A DNA stretch of 64,000 nt from Octopus sinensis (taxonomy: Eukaryota). The notes below the pieces were generated by a model. The model did no database searches. It was not told where the DNA came from and saw only the letters and a list, made by a program, of their open reading frames with translations. The translations under genes were made by a program, and so were the position numbers. The stretch is taken from positions 71,300,001 to 71,364,000 of the forward strand of contig NC_042998.1 of NCBI RefSeq assembly GCF_006345805.1, written 5' to 3'. Positions 25,526 through 38,706 of this stretch are shown piece by piece. Position 1 is the first letter of the stretch. Each line of letters opens with the position of its first letter.

Positions 25526-25660
25526 AATGCATGTGCCTAGTGTACCTTTATCAGACGGGTAGTCATGATGGGTATACTGGGCTTCGTATATTTTACCCCA
25601 GTATCACTTTGATGGCATGCACTGTTCTCTCACTCAATAATAATAATAATTATTATTATT
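25526..25660 (+). mobile_element. Short 3' terminal fragment ending in (AAT)n, shared with 31410-31600
   Basis: atgcatgtgcctagtgtacc...gatggcatgcactgttctctcactcaataataat closely matches the sequence ending the R4-like locus. Confidence 0.8.
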
Positions 25661-26779
25661 ATGAGGGAAAAAGTAGTTTAAACACAAGAAAAAAATTGTG
25701 TTGTTGTAACTATGGTGCCGACTTATTCTCTATGTTTGGTCCAGGATATCAACGAGTATACACATTCTAATCATTCATGCATATAAATTTAAAATGTATG
25801 AATGCTGATACGGCATTTTAATTCGCAGTTTATTGATGTTGTTAAGCTAATTCGAAATCGCATCTAAATAAAAACGCTTCTGTTTTGTACAAAAAACATT
25901 AATCGTTGAATGACCCATTTTTTTTGGCATCTAACATGCCGTAACAGAGAATATTTTTTTATATTTTCAGCTTTGTAGACTTTACATATTCTGTGGCAAA
26001 TATGTCTTTAAAATAACATAATATTAAAGGTTTCTATGTGGAACGCCCACATTGTAAGATCGATAAAATCGATAGCATATAGTAATTTCATATATAGATT
26101 GTAATTCTGAAGAGTACATGATCAGGAGAATTAATGCTAAATACCGACAAAAATCTGTATTCTGTTGAGAATGTCTTGATGCAAAGGCTTTCTCTTTAAT
26201 TGAGTTATTTGCTGTAAATATTATTAATTAGGTCTTCGTATCGAATGGTGTCTATCTGATATTTCTAGCACCGTCTTTAATTTGTGCATATGTTCCGACA
26301 AAAGGCTCAACATAATGATCACATCAAAGAATGATTTTTATCCTATGAAATTCATTAAACCCTGTTATCATTGCATTGACATGTTGCTTCCGAAGTGCAA
26401 ATTAGATTTCATATTAGCAGAATCTATTAAGGGTTTCTTCGAGGAAATTATGGATCTGTTAGGCTAATACAATTTGCTTCCTACAAAATGAAATATGCGC
26501 AAATTTCACTTTCATTGTTCTCAACTACAAATATCTGAATATTGGTCTCAAAATCTCTCACCAGCCGGTTTGTAATTAATAGTTCATTATATCAGATCTC
26601 ATAGGAAAAGGCTGCAATAAAAATGTAGCAGCTGAAAAGAAGTGAACGATAGCACAGGAAAATAATGTAATCAGGTTGGTCCATGTAAAATATTATATAT
26701 ATTGAACATTAAAGAAGCTAGGCTTGCTTTGTTTCGTCGTTCCAAATTTCGTATTGCAACACGCATAACTTACTTCATA

Positions 26780-27150
26780 TACTCCTTTTGCCCCAGTCAT
26801 TGGACTGCGACCATTTTGAAGTACCGCCTGGAAGGATTATGTGAAGCAAACTGATGCTTGTACTTATTTCAAATTTGATGTTTAGTCTGTCGGGTATTGG
26901 GCAAAACCGTATAAGTTATGACCTCATAAACAACCCGACAGCAGTAGTAAATCGGTAGTGGAAAGCAAATAGAGACACAAAGACTCACATATACACATAT
27001 CGAGATATACATAAATATCTAAACGACGGGCTTCCCCACCAATTTCACTCACAAATCTATTGGTCAACGTGGGCAAGAGGACACTTGCCCATGGGGCCGA
27101 GAAGTGGGACCGAATCGAAAACAACGATGTTGCAAAGGGAGTTTCTTAGA
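26780..27150 (-). mobile_element. Degenerate CORE-type SINE (family D, OR-like)
   Basis: gacacttgcccatggggccgagaagtgggaccgaa is the reverse complement of the tRNA head plus cttgggcaagtgtc core; the tail is also present. Confidence 0.7.
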
Positions 27151-28639
27151 TACACAGTGATGTCTGTTTGTGGAAAATATATAAACTTGCAGATGCTATT
27201 ACAAAACTCTTTTGTTGAGGTTTAGCCACAGCTATGTCCTGATCAACATAAACAAAAAATGGAAGCCATTCCAACTGTTACCATCACTGATTTCATTATG
27301 TACTGCATTTTTCTTTCTAATATAAGGGTGTAGACAATACCTAATGGCGATGAGACTGATACATCTAGCAGGTTGTCATCACACAAAAGCTTGGCTGAAG
27401 AGTGAAAACCATGTCGTTTTATATTAAAGTGTTAATTATAGTGAAACTCATTGAAACTCATATACTTTCTGTGGTAAAATTAAGAGAGATGACAAGTGAA
27501 AATCAATGGAATGTTGACATGTTACAGGATGTTATATGTATGATTTTCATAATTATCGCTATAAAGCTTATATCAGCTTATATTAAACTAGATAACGAAC
27601 ATTCGAAAAGAAATAATTCACGAAAGAAATATTTCCAGAAAAAATGAAATGCCATTTATCATTTAGACGCAGCAGATAAAGGAAACATCAACGTGAGGAG
27701 TTGATGTTATTGCTATGATATTCAGTAAAATTATAAATATTTGACAATAATTTAAATAATTTATTTTGTTAATATTGGTTTGATAAGCATTGTTAAATAT
27801 GACAGCACCTTTTTAAAAGAGAATCAGTTACGATCGATATACTTCTGTTATACATTTATAAGAAATCTGCACACAAATACACACGCATGCGCGCACACAA
27901 TAACATACCCCCACCCCCACATCCATATTTATGCGTTTAAAACTTTTTAGAAGATCAATGAGTTTCTTGATTTACATTCGGTATTTTCTTTAAATGCCTT
28001 CCACTATCGTTTCTCTTACAATATTTTGAAACCTCATTTTGTTCACTTTATTTCCTGTGTTATTTTGTCCTTATTTTACAGTTTATATGGTCGACGTATA
28101 CATACTTCCTAATTTGAATGCAGCAGATTCTATATAACACAAAACTCACACATACACGCAAAAACACATATGCGCATTACATATGCATATGAATATGTGT
28201 GAATATGTATGAGTATATGCCCGTGTTTGAATAAGTTGATCTCTGATATCAAAAGTCTGATGGTAGAAACTATAATGTTCATATCATTGCCATATCACTA
28301 ATAATCGTTTACATTACTGTTACTGGTTCAGAGTGCAATTGTATTTAAAACTAGTGTTATGAAGTACCCTGTTATACCGGGTACACCTTTCATCAATCGA
28401 TCTCTAATTTTTCGCTCTATGCTGAAATTGTACAGAGCAAACAAAGCATGAATGTCTAAAGTATCTATTTAGCTCAATTTATATACAGAGGGCCAGCGGA
28501 AAATCGATACAATTATAAGCATGAAAAGTGAAAACAGCTTTCGGGTTCATATTATTCTTCAACCAACCAACTTTTTTGAACTCATTAAATGTATAAATCG
28601 ATATACCGAGATTAATAAAGTGCTGATAATAACAATGAT

Positions 28640-28855
28640 AGTTTAAAGTTTTGGCACAAGGCAAGCAATCTAGGGGAAGGCATGTGTCAATTACATCGAC
28701 ACCAGTGTTCAAATGGTACTAATGTTATCGACCTCGAAAGGATGAAAGGTAAAGTCAACCTCTGTGGAATTTGAACTAAGAACGTAGCGACGAGTGAAAT
28801 ACTGCTAACCATTTCGTCCAGAGCTCTAACGATTCTGCCAGGTCACATCTTTATT

Positions 28856-28907
<52 letters not shown>

Positions 28908-29072
28908 TAATAATAATAATAATATTAGTTTCAAATTTTGCCACAAGGGCAGCCATTTATTTGGAAGTGGTATAAGTCGATTCCATCCATCCCAGTGTTC
29001 AACTGATTCTTGTCGACCGTGGCGGAATTTTGAACTCAGAGCAGAGCGATGGGCAAAATGTCACTAAGCCTC
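28640..29072 (-). mobile_element. Two SINE family A copies separated by (AAT)n (28855-28925)
   Basis: Family A cores at about 28730-28780 and 29020-29045; the AAT array is the tail of the right-hand copy. Confidence 0.8.
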
Positions 29073-29074
29073 TC

Positions 29075-31518
29075 GTCCAGCGTGATAATGAAAAAACAAA
29101 ATATTGTGAATAACGATGGTAATAAAACTGAAGTCAATGATGGTGACAATGTTCCACCCGGCAGGCTCAGAGATTCTGGTCCGGCTTCAGCATGTCGATA
29201 TCCAGAAAGGGACCACCACACTATAAAGAAATAAATGGAGAGGGTGCAGATGAAAAGTTGATACTAGATAACAATGAAAGTCAAAGTTTCTGGAGTGACA
29301 TGTGGAGCAAAGACAAAGGGCACAAGAAAGATGTTGAATATTTGCAAGAACTGAAACATTAGTTTGTCGACAACAGGCAGAACTAATCATTTCAGTTAGG
29401 GAAGTGAAGGAAATCAGCAAAAAAATTAGCAACTGGAAGGAGTACAAGGCACTTGATGGAGTACAAGGCAACACCTTGTTAAATGCCAACCAAAAGACAC
29501 CAGAGTGTTTGACTTTGGGTAGGACAGTGCAGGGCTTGAAAAACACTGAAAAAGGCAATACGGTAGACAATAACGGGCTGATATCCTGTTTGCCACTTAT
29601 GTGGACGTTATTGACTGGAATACTCGCAGAGTCAATGTACGAGCATCTGGAAAAACATGGATTCGTGCCACATGAGAAGAAGGATTGCCTGCGTAAGTGC
29701 AGAGGTACCACGGATCAGCTCCTGATAGAGAAAACTGTACTTAGAAACTGCAAGAGGAGGAAAAGTAACTTAGCCATGTCATGGTTCGACTATCGTAAGG
29801 CGTACCATATGATCCCACATTTTTGGATTATGGAGTCTACGAACCTCTTTGGTATTACATTGAAAGTTGAGCAATTGCTTGGAAAAAGTATGGTGAATAG
29901 AAGAATGGACCTGGCAGCATACGGAAGGATTTTAGGGACGGTAGAAATTTGGACGGGCATCTTCTAAGGGGACTGCCTGTCCCCACTGATCTTTTTACTG
30001 TGCTCGATACCAGTAACACTGATTCTGAGGAAGGCAATAGTTGGGTATGTAGTCAAAAGCCGCCAACAAAAAGTTAAGTATTTGTTATTCATGGATGACA
30101 TCAAACTTTATAGTAAAAAGGAATACAGTGTATTCCTTCAATGCTGATATCACTTTGGATTTCGGACTGAGAAAGTGTGCTGTGTTAGTCTGGAAGGGAG
30201 GTAAAATCAGATGTATGGGCGGGCTAACGATATGTTCGGGTGAGGTTATGAAGTAGATAGAAGGGACAGGCTATAAGTACTTGGAGATTTTGGAAATGGA
30301 TAAATTGATGGAGAAAGAAATGACAGAAAAATGTAATATAGACTTCTTGCGCAGACTGAAACTGATCCTTAAGTTGAAATTAAACGGACGGAATAAGATT
30401 GAAGCTATCAACAACTAGGCGGTGTCACTCCCTAAGTATGGAGCAGCGTTAATCGCACGGACAGTAGACGAACTAAATAGCTTAGACAGAAAGACAAGGA
30501 AGTTGCTAACTAGATATGGGACACTCCACCCAAAACGTGACATAGACACGCTGTATCTACCAAGAAAATGAGGGGGAAGATGACTTATTGGATGCGAACA
30601 CATCATTAGAGCAGAAGCAAGCAACAAAGTATGGTGTGTAAAAAATGCCACAGAACCGCTATTATTAGAAGAAGGCCAGGCTTGTGTAGAATGAAAAATT
30701 GCAAAGTTAAAGTAGTATACAATAAATTGAAAACGAATGAAACAAAAAATAGGTTGGTAAAGAAAAGAATGCATGGTCAATTTCATAGCGATGTTGAAGC
30801 TAAGACAGGAAAAATATAGCTGTGGATGACTAAAAGTGATTTAAAACCGGAAACGGAAACTCTAATCTGTGCTGCCCAAGAGCAAACACTGAGAACAAAC
30901 TATATAAAATACAGACTAGACAACACATCATAAAGTGATAAGTGCAGAATCTGTGGACAAAACAGGGAAACCGTATGGCATGTTACCAGCCAATATACGT
31001 CATTGTCCCAGAAGGTATATAAGAGACGCCACGACAATATAGTCAGATTTGATCACATGGATACTTTGCAACAACTATGGACTTGACTGAGCGAAAACTT
31101 TCTACGACCACTAGCCTTAACCAGTTGAATATGTCGCTATGTGGCTGACGATATATGCATCTCTGATCACGAGCAGAAGTAATGGGGAGAGCATCATAAC
31201 AACGTGTTGAGTGGAATTCTTTGGGGTTTTGATAAGTCACCTTTGGAAACATAGGTGTTTCGTACAACATCCTTAAACAAACCTTATTCAGGGACCTTTG
31301 GAGCGGGATGGGCTACTCGGCATGAAGAAAATTCTAACCGGGCTCAACTTGCAAGGTCATACACTGTTTAACTTGATGTGAGATCACTATATCCCACACA
31401 TATTGTTGTGATGCATATGCCTGGTGTAGCCTTTTGAGATGGGTAGTCATGATGTTTATACTGAGTTTCATATATTTTATCCCAGTATCACTTACATGGC
31501 ATGCACTGCTCTCTCACT

Positions 31519-31583
<65 letters not shown>

Positions 31584-31600
31584 TAATAATAATAATATAA
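29075..31600 (+). mobile_element. R4/Dong-clade non-LTR retrotransposon, degraded, ending in (AAT)n
   Basis: RT motifs DQLLIEKTVLRNCKRRKSNLAMSWFDYRKAYHMIPH, GIF*GDCLSPL and LLFMDDIKLY; knuckle CRICGQNRETVWHVTS and YKRRHDNIV; (AAT)n at 31522-31600. Many stops and frameshifts. Confidence 0.88.
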
Positions 31601-32082
31601 ATTGAACTACTCAGTGAATTGTAAATAGATTAAAATTTTGGTGAAGAAATGTAGCCCTGCCAATGCCCATTTTTTTATAATTTAGGAAAATTGTACAAGC
31701 AAAGAAATCTGTAGGTCTCTTTCTCTTTCTCTCCCCTCTCGCTCTATTTGTCTACCTCTCTTTCTGCGATGACGTTACGGATGTAACATTTAGAAGGAGT
31801 TTCAAATCGGACAGCAAGCATATCGTGTGATATTCGGATAGGATTACATTCTTCGACCTATCAATCCTCTCTAACCACACAGAAATTGCCTCCTCTACGC
31901 GTAGGGCATATATCTGCCCACGGCCGGCACCTCCTTCTCCTTACAAAAAGAGTAGGATTGTTGTCGTCGTGACAGAAAGCTAACAGAAAAAAGTCATGGC
32001 GCTTGCTACGTAATACGTAGATGGAATTAAATTTATTGTCAGCTGACATTTGTTCACAAATCGCAAATGCCCATCTCGATAT

Positions 32083-32215
32083 GTGCAACACACACACATA
32101 CCCACACGCACACACAGGCACACATACGCACACACACGCACACACAGGCACACATACGCACACACACGCACACACACGTACACACGCACACACACAGACA
32201 CACACACGTATGCGT
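32083..32215. repeat. (CA)-rich microsatellite with an internal ~30-bp duplication
   Basis: cacgcacacacaggcacacatacgcacaca occurs twice. Confidence 0.85.
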
Positions 32216-32463
32216 ACGTGTTTTGAATATTATTTTTAAAACCAAAATGATACAAATTAATAATACAGGTCGGCGGTTAATTGTTTAATACTAGTAACTG
32301 GAATTCAATATTTCAGGTCCCATTCTGCAAGAAATTTAGGGAGAGAATGTGTTGACAGTTGATTTTGCTGACCAGTAATGTGTGAGTATGAAGCGATGCT
32401 TTGCGTTGCTATAGATTCCGATCACGTGCATGCATTTCAGTACTGTTATTAATTTGCGGGATG

Positions 32464-33110
32464 TAAGCGGTCTGATCAATTAGTATCCGGACTATTGCCA
32501 TAATAACGAAGCTAAAGCACGCAGAGTAAAGCCGCTCGGCAAAAGTTGACGGTGCATTTGCACCAAGTTTTAACATTCTGGCTCATTTCTGCTGGTTACA
32601 GCAGTGATCGGAATGAAGGTGTGTAGCGTGCGATCGTCGCATTGACCACGACAGAGAAAGTTGTCATGGCGATACCTGCTTAGAGGCCAACACAAAGTTG
32701 CAGAAAGTTTATGGCGATGAGTGTATGACACTCACAAATTTTACGAGTGGTCCGAACGTTTCCAAGATGACCGAAAAAATGTCGATTTTGACGAACGTTC
32801 TGGGAGACCAGCACTAGCAGAACAGAGAAAAACATTGCAGATATGCATGCAGCTGTGAGGGGAAATCCTCGATCACCATCTGCGTGTTATCAGAGGATGT
32901 GCAGATTAGTTACGGTTCCGCTCAGTCCATTATCAAGTGTGTCTGATAGGTTTGTGCCAAAATTGCTTTCCGTAGACGAAGACCCTCGAGTTTCATTCAG
33001 TAGCACAATATCTCCTTGGCTGTGTCGAGACAATGAAACTGAGCGAGAACGGTAAAAATTAGTACGCATGCACAGCAAAGTTCAAGGTCAATCTGTGGCA
33101 AGTGGTTTTA
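32464..33110 (+). mobile_element. Mariner 5' half (irritans-like), degraded
   Basis: TIR-like taagcggtctgatcaattagtatccggact; translation includes FYEWSERFQDDRKNVDFDERSGRP and RFVPKLLS. Confidence 0.75.
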
Positions 33111-33469
33111 CTCTGCGTACTCTAGCTTTATTGCTTTGATAATAGGCCGGATACTTATTGATCATACCTCGTAGGTAATAAAATAGGTTCTTCTATACCC
33201 TTGCCGCACCTAAATTCTCCTACACGCATACAGATACACATTTACGCACATTTATACACATGCATGCACACACTATAGATACATATACGCGCACATTCAA
33301 ATATAGTATTTCAGTAACAATGAATGAATGCGTTTACATACATCTAACTTCACCATCATGAAAGTGGTGTAATATTTTCATATCTAAATTTATTCCAATT
33401 CTCATGCAGGCTCTGCTGTACAGCATATGTCTATCTGCTAGTCTGTCTGTCTGTCTGTTTGTGTGTCTG

Positions 33470-33510
<41 letters not shown>

Positions 33511-33574
33511 CTCTCTCTCTCTCTCTCTCTCTATCACTCTATGGATAGATAGATATGTATAATGCAGTTCTATA

Positions 33575-33900
33575 TTTAAGAGATGAGGCATTATGTACGT
33601 TATTTACATTATTTATTTTTGACGGATATTTGTCCTCATCTTGTTTGTTTCGGCCGATATATCCACCAGCCTTCATCAGGTGTGCTGGGGAAATTTCGAA
33701 CCTGGGTTCCTAAGGTATTTTTCGACGCTATTATGCTTATTCATTTCATATGCCCGAGGGCAATTGTGGAATGAATTTTAAGGCTTGTAAATCTAATATT
33801 TTCCTACACTTCCTTAATACCGGGTCCCATATGCTACTCATATCTGCACTGGGTCTGCTTAGGAGGTTGTTGTGTCATTTTCGTTATAATGTTTAAAGTT
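33575..33900 (-). mobile_element. Penelope-like terminal-repeat remnant with a disabled hammerhead motif
   Basis: Minus strand reads acacCTGATGAaggctggtggatatatcggccGAAACaaac; related to 35227-35300. Confidence 0.6.
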
Positions 33901-34149
33901 TCAGAGTTCACTCACTTGTGCCTAATTATAAGTATACACCTTCAAACTTTAGCTTAATGGTTTTTCTGTAATATCTATTGAAAAATAGCCATATGTTGGC
34001 TTATACGAATATGCATTTGATTTCGCTGCATGGTAAGTTTGCTGGCCAACTAGATGGTTCCAGGTTCAGTGCCGCTGAGTGACACCTTGGTCAAATTTCT
34101 TTTACCATACTTGCCTGACCATCCATATATGGATGTGTGTGTGTATACT

Positions 34150-34340
34150 CTCTTTTACTTGTTTCAGTCATTTGACAGCGGCCATGCTGGAGCACCGCCT
34201 TTAGTCGAGCAAATCGACCCCGGGACTTATTCTTTGTAAGCCCAGTACTTATTCTATCGGTCTCTTTTGCCGAACCGCTAAGTGACGGGGACGTAAACAC
34301 ACCAGCATCGTTTGTCAAGCAATGCTAGGGGGACACACAA

Positions 34341-34371
<31 letters not shown>

Positions 34372-34545
34372 CATATATACGACAGGCTTCTTTCAGTTTC
34401 CGTCTACCAAATCCACTCACAAGGCATTGGTCGGCCCGGGGCTATAGCAGAAGACACTTGCCCAAGATGCCACACAGTGGGACTGAACACGGAACCATGT
34501 GGTTGGTTAGCAAGCTACTCACCACACAGCCTCTCCTGCGCCTAT
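34150..34545 (-). mobile_element. CORE-type SINE (family D, OR-like), near full length
   Basis: Reverse complement of 38706-39110: head, core, internal CA/TA microsatellite and tail. Confidence 0.9.
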
Positions 34546-35226
34546 GATGACTTTCTGTCTGTGTTACCACCCCCGCCACAACTTCATAACCAGTGCCATT
34601 TTGTTTATCTCTCTGCAACTTTGCAATTCTGCGAAAAACCCTGATAGAATATGTACCAGGTTTGAAAAAAATGCTCTGGGAATAGATTTGTTCCACTAAA
34701 ACTCTTCAGGGCAGTACCCCGGTTTAGCTGCGGCCTAATGACGGAAGCAACTAAAACTTTAGATTATTTCTGTTTTTTTTTCTTTACTTTTGTTTTTATA
34801 AATGACTTCCTGAACACAACTTCCTCACTTCACTTAAATGTAGCTGAACTGCCAGTAACACACCAAAATATTATCTTGCAGTGAAAACGAAATATATATC
34901 TTATAACTTTTGAAGTGTGTTACGTAACCTGATTAGGCTTTCTGCACTGTAGCTTACATCGTCTTGTGCCCACTGGGGAGCAGTGCAGAATGAAGTCGAA
35001 AAGATTGTTGTGCTAATAAAGCTTCTAGTTACTCTCAATCTTTTGTATCAATCATTTAAAATATACCCAATGTGCATCAGAGAATTTCGGACATAGATCC
35101 AGCGATGACGCCATGTAGCCATATGTGGTGAACGTTCTCCGCAGACACACTGTCTGGGGCTTACCGAAACAAGGTTTGGATACTGCATTTAATACCCACT
35201 TCCTAAACCTTAAATTTTAATTCAAC

Positions 35227-35740
35227 TCCAGCCTTCATCAGGTGTCTAGGGGAAATTTCGAACCTAGGTTTTCATTCCTAAGTTATCGAACTCGGAATAT
35301 TGTGTTAGTAGCCCACGCTCTTAACCACTACGCAATATGCCCGTGGGCAATTACGGAGTGAATTTTAGGATAAAGCATCTGCTGAAGTGCATTGGAATTG
35401 CCTGGTTCTGTGTACCTTAGGAGGTTCTTAGAGGGTGAAGAAAAGTAGCGAAAAGTTGAGCAGGATAGATGGTACAGTCAATGGACAGGTAGTAAGATTT
35501 AGATTATGGAGACGTGTGTGTCTTTCAATTGTAGGCATGGAAGAGGTAGCGTGGTGGAGAATAGAATCCAGTTATTTGGTGTACGTAAAGAAGTTAGAAG
35601 AGTGATAAAGCAGTTCTCGGCCACGAAACAACGAGGTAGTGGGTGCCGAGCCAATTGCAGAATTAGGATGGAAAGAGACAGTCTGATCTGATATCTGAAA
35701 GGAAGCAGCTTAAATAAATTCCTCAATGTATTCGGCCTGA
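35227..35740 (-). mobile_element. Second Penelope-like remnant related to 33575-33900
   Basis: Shares ccagccttcatcaggtgtc...gggaaatttcgaacct and tgccc..gggcaatt..ggagtgaatttta segments with the first remnant. Confidence 0.55.
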
Positions 35741-36059
35741 CATTTTATAATCCCTCTGTTGTATTGGTAGTTATTTGTTATCGATCACGAGAGGATGGAA
35801 GATGAAGTTGATCTCGATGATGTTTGAACACAGAATCTAGAGAAACAGAACAAATATGCTAGGCATTCTTTGTAACATTCTGCCAACTCTGTGTCTCAAA
35901 TACACGCGCGCGCACACACACGGAAACAGAGACATACACTCACAAGTTGATATGAAATTCACAAATGAAAAAGTAAATATATTTTAAAAAGTGACAAAAA
36001 TAAGCACTTGCTTAATTTCCTTTTTAGATATGAACACTAGATGGACATATTCTTGACAA

Positions 36060-36176
36060 AATGATATGTGTGCGGGTGTGTGTTTATATGCATGTGTGTG
36101 CGTGTGTGTTCGTATATGTGTATGTATTTCTATATGTAAGTATTTTATATATGTGTGTATGTATATATATATATAC

Positions 36177-36218
<42 letters not shown>

Positions 36219-36246
36219 ATATATATATATGTATGTATGTGTATAT

Positions 36247-36290
<44 letters not shown>

Positions 36291-36335
36291 ATATATATAT
36301 ATATATATAGATATATATATATATATATAATATAT

Positions 36336-36397
<62 letters not shown>

Positions 36398-36415
36398 GTA
36401 TGTATGTGTATATAG

Positions 36416-36448
<33 letters not shown>

Positions 36449-36549
36449 ATATACATATATACATATATATATGTGTATATATATTTATACATATATACAT
36501 ATATACATATATATATATATATACATATATATATATGATGTATATACGT

Positions 36550-36604
<55 letters not shown>

Positions 36605-36605
36605 T
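36060..36605. repeat. Long (TA)n/(TG)n array, about 540 bp
   Basis: Read directly from the sequence. Confidence 0.95.
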
Positions 36606-37077
36606 ATACTTACACATAAAAATACATGCTCATACATATATATGCCAAACTTCGACCACCATCAGAAATAGAAAGAAAAAACAAAGAAGACTTAATACAA
36701 AATCTAAATATACAATTATTTGTATGTGTAAACTTAGGAAAGATGTATAAGCATCATATATGACAGCTGTCCTCTGAAAAATCGGGAAATTAATTTCACT
36801 TCCTTGATTGTTTATTGGAATAGTAGCTTTACATTTCGTGAAATGTTTCAAAGATGTGTCATAAATTGTTAAAATATTAAAAAGAGCATGGCCAGAAATT
36901 CAAACAATTGTGTATACGTAGTAACAACAATAAAAATAACTACAGCCACATCGCTAAGTATAGAATTATAAATTAAATGCAGTATGCAAAATAAAATTTT
37001 CACTTGTCTTTTACTCGAATTGGGTGTATTCTATCATGTATGGTTTTACAGTCTGAAGTAATTATGTCGCATATGTA

Positions 37078-37120
<43 letters not shown>

Positions 37121-37129
37121 GTGTGGGTG

Positions 37130-37340
37130 TCTTTGCGTGTGTTTGTCACCCACCACCACTTGACAACCGATGTTGGTGTGTTTATGTCCCTGTAACGAAG
37201 CGGTTCAGCAGAAATAAACGATAGAATATGTACTAGACTTACAAAGAATAAGTCTTGGTGTCGAAATCTTCGACTAAAAACTCTTTAAGGCGGTGCACTA
37301 GCATGATTGCAGTGAAATGACTGAAACATGTAAAAGAATA
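37130..37340 (+). mobile_element. Family D SINE 3' half (microsatellite plus tail)
   Basis: ccgatgttggtgtgtttatgtccctg...aaatgactgaaacatgtaaaaga matches the family D tail. Confidence 0.8.
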
Positions 37341-37371
<31 letters not shown>

Positions 37372-37380
37372 TTTATATAT

Positions 37381-38672
37381 ATACATCCTATAAATGATGC
37401 TGTTTTTTCAATTACATGAAGTAAAATCCAAAGGGCGATCGGGATAAAGGACCTGCATTGACTTGCTATAAATGCAAGTACTATTTTTACCTTGACCTTA
37501 TTCTTAGTGCAAGCTTTGAAGAGTGCAATTCGATTTTAACAGTTACTTTTTCGAAGCTATAACGTCATTGAAAGAGCATATTCGGTATATTTTGCTTTCT
37601 GAGTCCAAGGAAGGCAAAAGCTCAAAGGAAAGTGCGAGGAATATCAATGCAGTATATGGGGATCGGACAATAAGCGTAGGCCAATGTCAACGGTGGTTTC
37701 GAAAATTCCGAGCCGGAGACTACAGCCTAGAAGATAAGCCTCGTCCTGGAAGATCTGCAGAGTTCGACGAGGACGTCTGTAAAACCTGGTGGAACAAAAT
37801 CCCATAGTAACTGTTGAGGAACTAGTACATACGCTTGGATTTTGTCATTCAACCATTCATCGACACATGAGTGCCATGGGAAGAGTCAGCAAAATTGGGT
37901 CAATCGGTTCCTCACAAACTTTCCGAGTCTAATCACGCGCAGAGAGTGAATGTGTGTTCTTCTTGGATGTCACGTGTCACAAATAAACCTCTTTTAGACC
38001 GAGCAGTGACTGGTGACGAGAAATGGGTTCTCTATTAAAAAGTCAAGCGCCGAAAGTAGTGGGTAGGGAAAGGAGAAACAGCAGAACCTCAGGCTAAAGA
38101 AGGTCTTCACACACGTAAGATGTTATCATCTGTTTGGCAGTATATGAAATGTTTAGGCCACTTTGAACTTTTAAACCCAAACCAAACGATAACGATGGAG
38201 ATCTACTGTGAGCAGTTTGAGCGGCGTAAGTCAGCGCTAGAAGAAAAACGACCATCTTTGGTTTCAAGAGAAAAGGTGTTCTTCAGGATAATGCTTCAGG
38301 ATAATGCTCGGCCACATACAGCGAAGATGACATTCCAAAGGCTGGAGCAATTTGAATGGGAAACGATGCCCCACGCATCGTATGCGCCGAACATTGCCCC
38401 ATCTGATTATCATTTATTCCGCAGTCTTCAAACACATTTGGACGGAAAAAATATGAACTCTGTAGACTAGGTCAGAACAGTACTGGAGTAGTACTTTTTG
38501 TCACGGACAAGTGAATTTTGGAAGAGGGTAGCTTGCAAGTCTACCAGATAGTTGGGGGGCATTGTAGAAAATGAAAGAGAGTATAATCTAGATGAAAAAA
38601 TCTTCGTTTATCTTAAATTTGAAAAATAAAAGAGGTACAAAAACCTCGCATTATTTATGGGATGAACCAATA
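37381..38672 (+). mobile_element. Full-length defective DD34D mariner
   Basis: TIRs catcctataaatgatgctgtttttt and aaaaacctcgcattatttatgggatgaaccaa(ta). Catalytic motifs VTGDEKW, QDNARPH and APSDYHLF; I count 34 residues between the second and third D. Confidence 0.92.
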
Positions 38673-38674
38673 TT

Positions 38675-38705
<31 letters not shown>

Positions 38706-38706
<1 letters not shown>

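Noticed and set aside
34941-34960. Partial resemblance of the minus strand (cuacagugcag) to the miR-17/20 3' region
   Set aside because: Seed does not match and that family is not expected in this lineage; coincidental short match.
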